DNA from: an uncultured Candidatus Brevefilum sp.
GTDB lineage: Bacteria; Chloroflexota; Anaerolineae; Anaerolineales; Anaerolineaceae
DNA: 64,000 nt
Reading direction: 5' to 3'
Assembly: GCA_964497065.1 (NCBI GenBank)
Contig: CAZCBW010000004.1
Location: 40,207 to 104,206 of the forward strand
A program made the translations under genes and the position numbers. The notes below the pieces were generated by a model. That model was not told the DNA's origin, ran no database searches, and worked only from the letters and a program-made list of their open reading frames with translations. Positions 60,785 through 64,000 of the stretch are shown one piece after another (position 1 is the stretch's first letter; the number at the start of each line of letters is the position of its first letter).

Positions 60785-62368
60785 ATGAGTCGACAAAAAA
60801 TTAAAAAAGTCTTTGGACAGATACCCTATTCTGTCGAGCTATACTGGCACATGGTCCAACGTCATAAGCCCTGGCAGGCGCATTATAATCTGGAATTTTT
60901 AGAATCCATAATAGCGGATGCAGTTATTCAAGCAGAGTCTTATAGAAATAATCTAGACCCTGGTAAAAAAGTATTCATTTTTTCGGCATTACATTATTGG
61001 ATTGAATATTGTGCATTATTAGGTTTGGCTTTAGCAGCCAAAGGGCATCAAATAACCCTCTCATATTTGCCTTATGCAAGTTGGGACGAAGAAATTAATG
61101 CTTTTGACATTCGGCGACAAGATCTATATACCCGAAAAACGCTTGAACCAGCTTGTTCATTGATGTTGGTGCGGTCATTATTGGATAAAAAAACTATCTC
61201 TTCTAGATTGCCTAATAAAATCATTGAAGCTGTTGAAGAAGTAAGTGTTATGGATACTCAGTATGCCTTGCAAATTGAAGAAGTTGCCAAAGATGAACCG
61301 CTCTATAAATTAAGATATGCAAGAAACGTTGAGGCTGCCCAGGCAGCAAAAGCATTATTTGAAATCGAGAAGCCAGATGTAGTGATCGTGCCTAATGGCA
61401 CAATTCAAGAGATGGGGGTTGTATACCGCGTTGCCCGATATTTGGATATTCCAACTGTAACATTTGAATTTGGTGATCAAAGGGAAAGAATCTGGATTGC
61501 TAAAAATGACCAAATAATGCGACAAAACACGGATGATTTATGGCAGGCTCATGGACACCAGCCATTGAATAATGCCCAAATAAAAAAACTAGAAACACTT
61601 TACAATGCCCGTGAAGCAGGAATTACCTGGGAAAATTTTTCCCGGCAGTGGCAAGAAGTTCCAACAGCAGGCAGTGAAGCTGTAAAAGTGGAATTAGGCT
61701 TAGATGATCGCCCGATTATTCTATTAGCAACAAATGTTTTAGGGGATAGTTTAACTTTAGGTCGGCAGATCTTCAGCAAGACGATGTCTGAGTGGATTAG
61801 AAAAATAACACAATACTATGTTGATAAAAACGAATTCCAATTACTTATCCGCGTCCATCCAGGTGAATTGCTGACACATGGCACATCTATGGTCGATGTG
61901 GTTAAGGCCGCCGTCAAAGAATTGCCAGAGCATATCCATCTGATCGAACCAGATGAGAAAATCAACACCTATGACCTGATGGGTCTCACCAGTATTGGGT
62001 TGGTTTACACAACAACCGTTGGTCTTGAAATGGCAATGAGAGGTATCCCGGTGATTGTGGCTGGGCATACACACTATCGTAACCGTGGGTTTACCTTTGA
62101 TCCAAATACTTGGGATGACTATTTTGAGATATTAGAGACCTTAATGCACAACCATCACCAATCAAAGTTAAGCAAAAAACAAGTCGAATTGAGCCTGAGA
62201 TATGCCTATTTATTCTTTTTTGAGTTTCCACAGCCTTTCCCCTGGCATCTGGTAGGACTTAAGAATGATTATCGGCAGCGGCTTTTAAAATATGTACTAA
62301 GCAAAGAAGGTGATGAAAAATACCATCAAACCTTTGAAGCATTGGTTGGAAATCCTATTAACTGGTAA
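60785..62368 (+). CDS. Capsule-synthesis (KpsS/KpsC-like) GT-B protein
   Basis: LLIRVHPGE, INTYDL, TTTVGLEMA..GIPVIVAG..HY...GFT.D motifs. Confidence 0.65.
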   Translation: MSRQKIKKVFGQIPYSVELYWHMVQRHKPWQAHYNLEFLESIIADAVIQAESYRNNLDPGKKVFIFSALHYWIEYCALLGLALAAKGHQITLSYLPYASWDEEINAFDIRRQDLYTRKTLEPACSLMLVRSLLDKKTISSRLPNKIIEAVEEVSVMDTQYALQIEEVAKDEPLYKLRYARNVEAAQAAKALFEIEKPDVVIVPNGTIQEMGVVYRVARYLDIPTVTFEFGDQRERIWIAKNDQIMRQNTDDLWQAHGHQPLNNAQIKKLETLYNAREAGITWENFSRQWQEVPTAGSEAVKVELGLDDRPIILLATNVLGDSLTLGRQIFSKTMSEWIRKITQYYVDKNEFQLLIRVHPGELLTHGTSMVDVVKAAVKELPEHIHLIEPDEKINTYDLMGLTSIGLVYTTTVGLEMAMRGIPVIVAGHTHYRNRGFTFDPNTWDDYFEILETLMHNHHQSKLSKKQVELSLRYAYLFFFEFPQPFPWHLVGLKNDYRQRLLKYVLSKEGDEKYHQTFEALVGNPINW

Positions 62369-62483
62369 TCATTGGTATGATTATTGATGTTTATAATGCT
62401 CTTTAATGAAACGGTCTATTGGTTATTAATTTGCTTAATCATGTACAGAATTCTATGAGCAGTTTTAACATAAGTGAAAATAA

Positions 62484-64000
<1,517 letters not shown>

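Overview
Bacterial chromosomal window, most likely from an Anaerolineae-type Chloroflexota genome (inferred from gene repertoire and a C-terminal YLPLI-type motif; no database check). Housekeeping genes: rplS, rpsB-tsf-pyrH, frr-uppS-cdsA (split from pyrH and inverted), pfkA, selD with an in-frame UGA/Sec codon, msrPQ, zur-znuACB with two near-identical operator boxes, sbcD, tRNA-Arg(GCG) and tRNA-Asn(GTT). A surface-glycan locus (GT-C-like, GT4, fcl, wzm/wzt, pseB) runs off the right end. Two things stand out. (1) A four-gene cohesin/dockerin cell-surface cluster at 19.4-27.4 kb: a 1637-aa mosaic beta-helix protein carrying both a cohesin and a dockerin, followed by three anchored or exported cohesin proteins, with a riboswitch-like structured leader upstream. 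(2) A family of miniature inverted-repeat elements: four 101-bp copies and two 52-54-bp copies, each with about 12-bp terminal inverted repeats and an 8-bp target-site duplication; the long copies carry a covarying 19-bp hairpin. There are also several pseudogenes, including a type II R-M pair, that appear to have been broken by deletions at short microhomologies. Family assignments are by motif recognition only.
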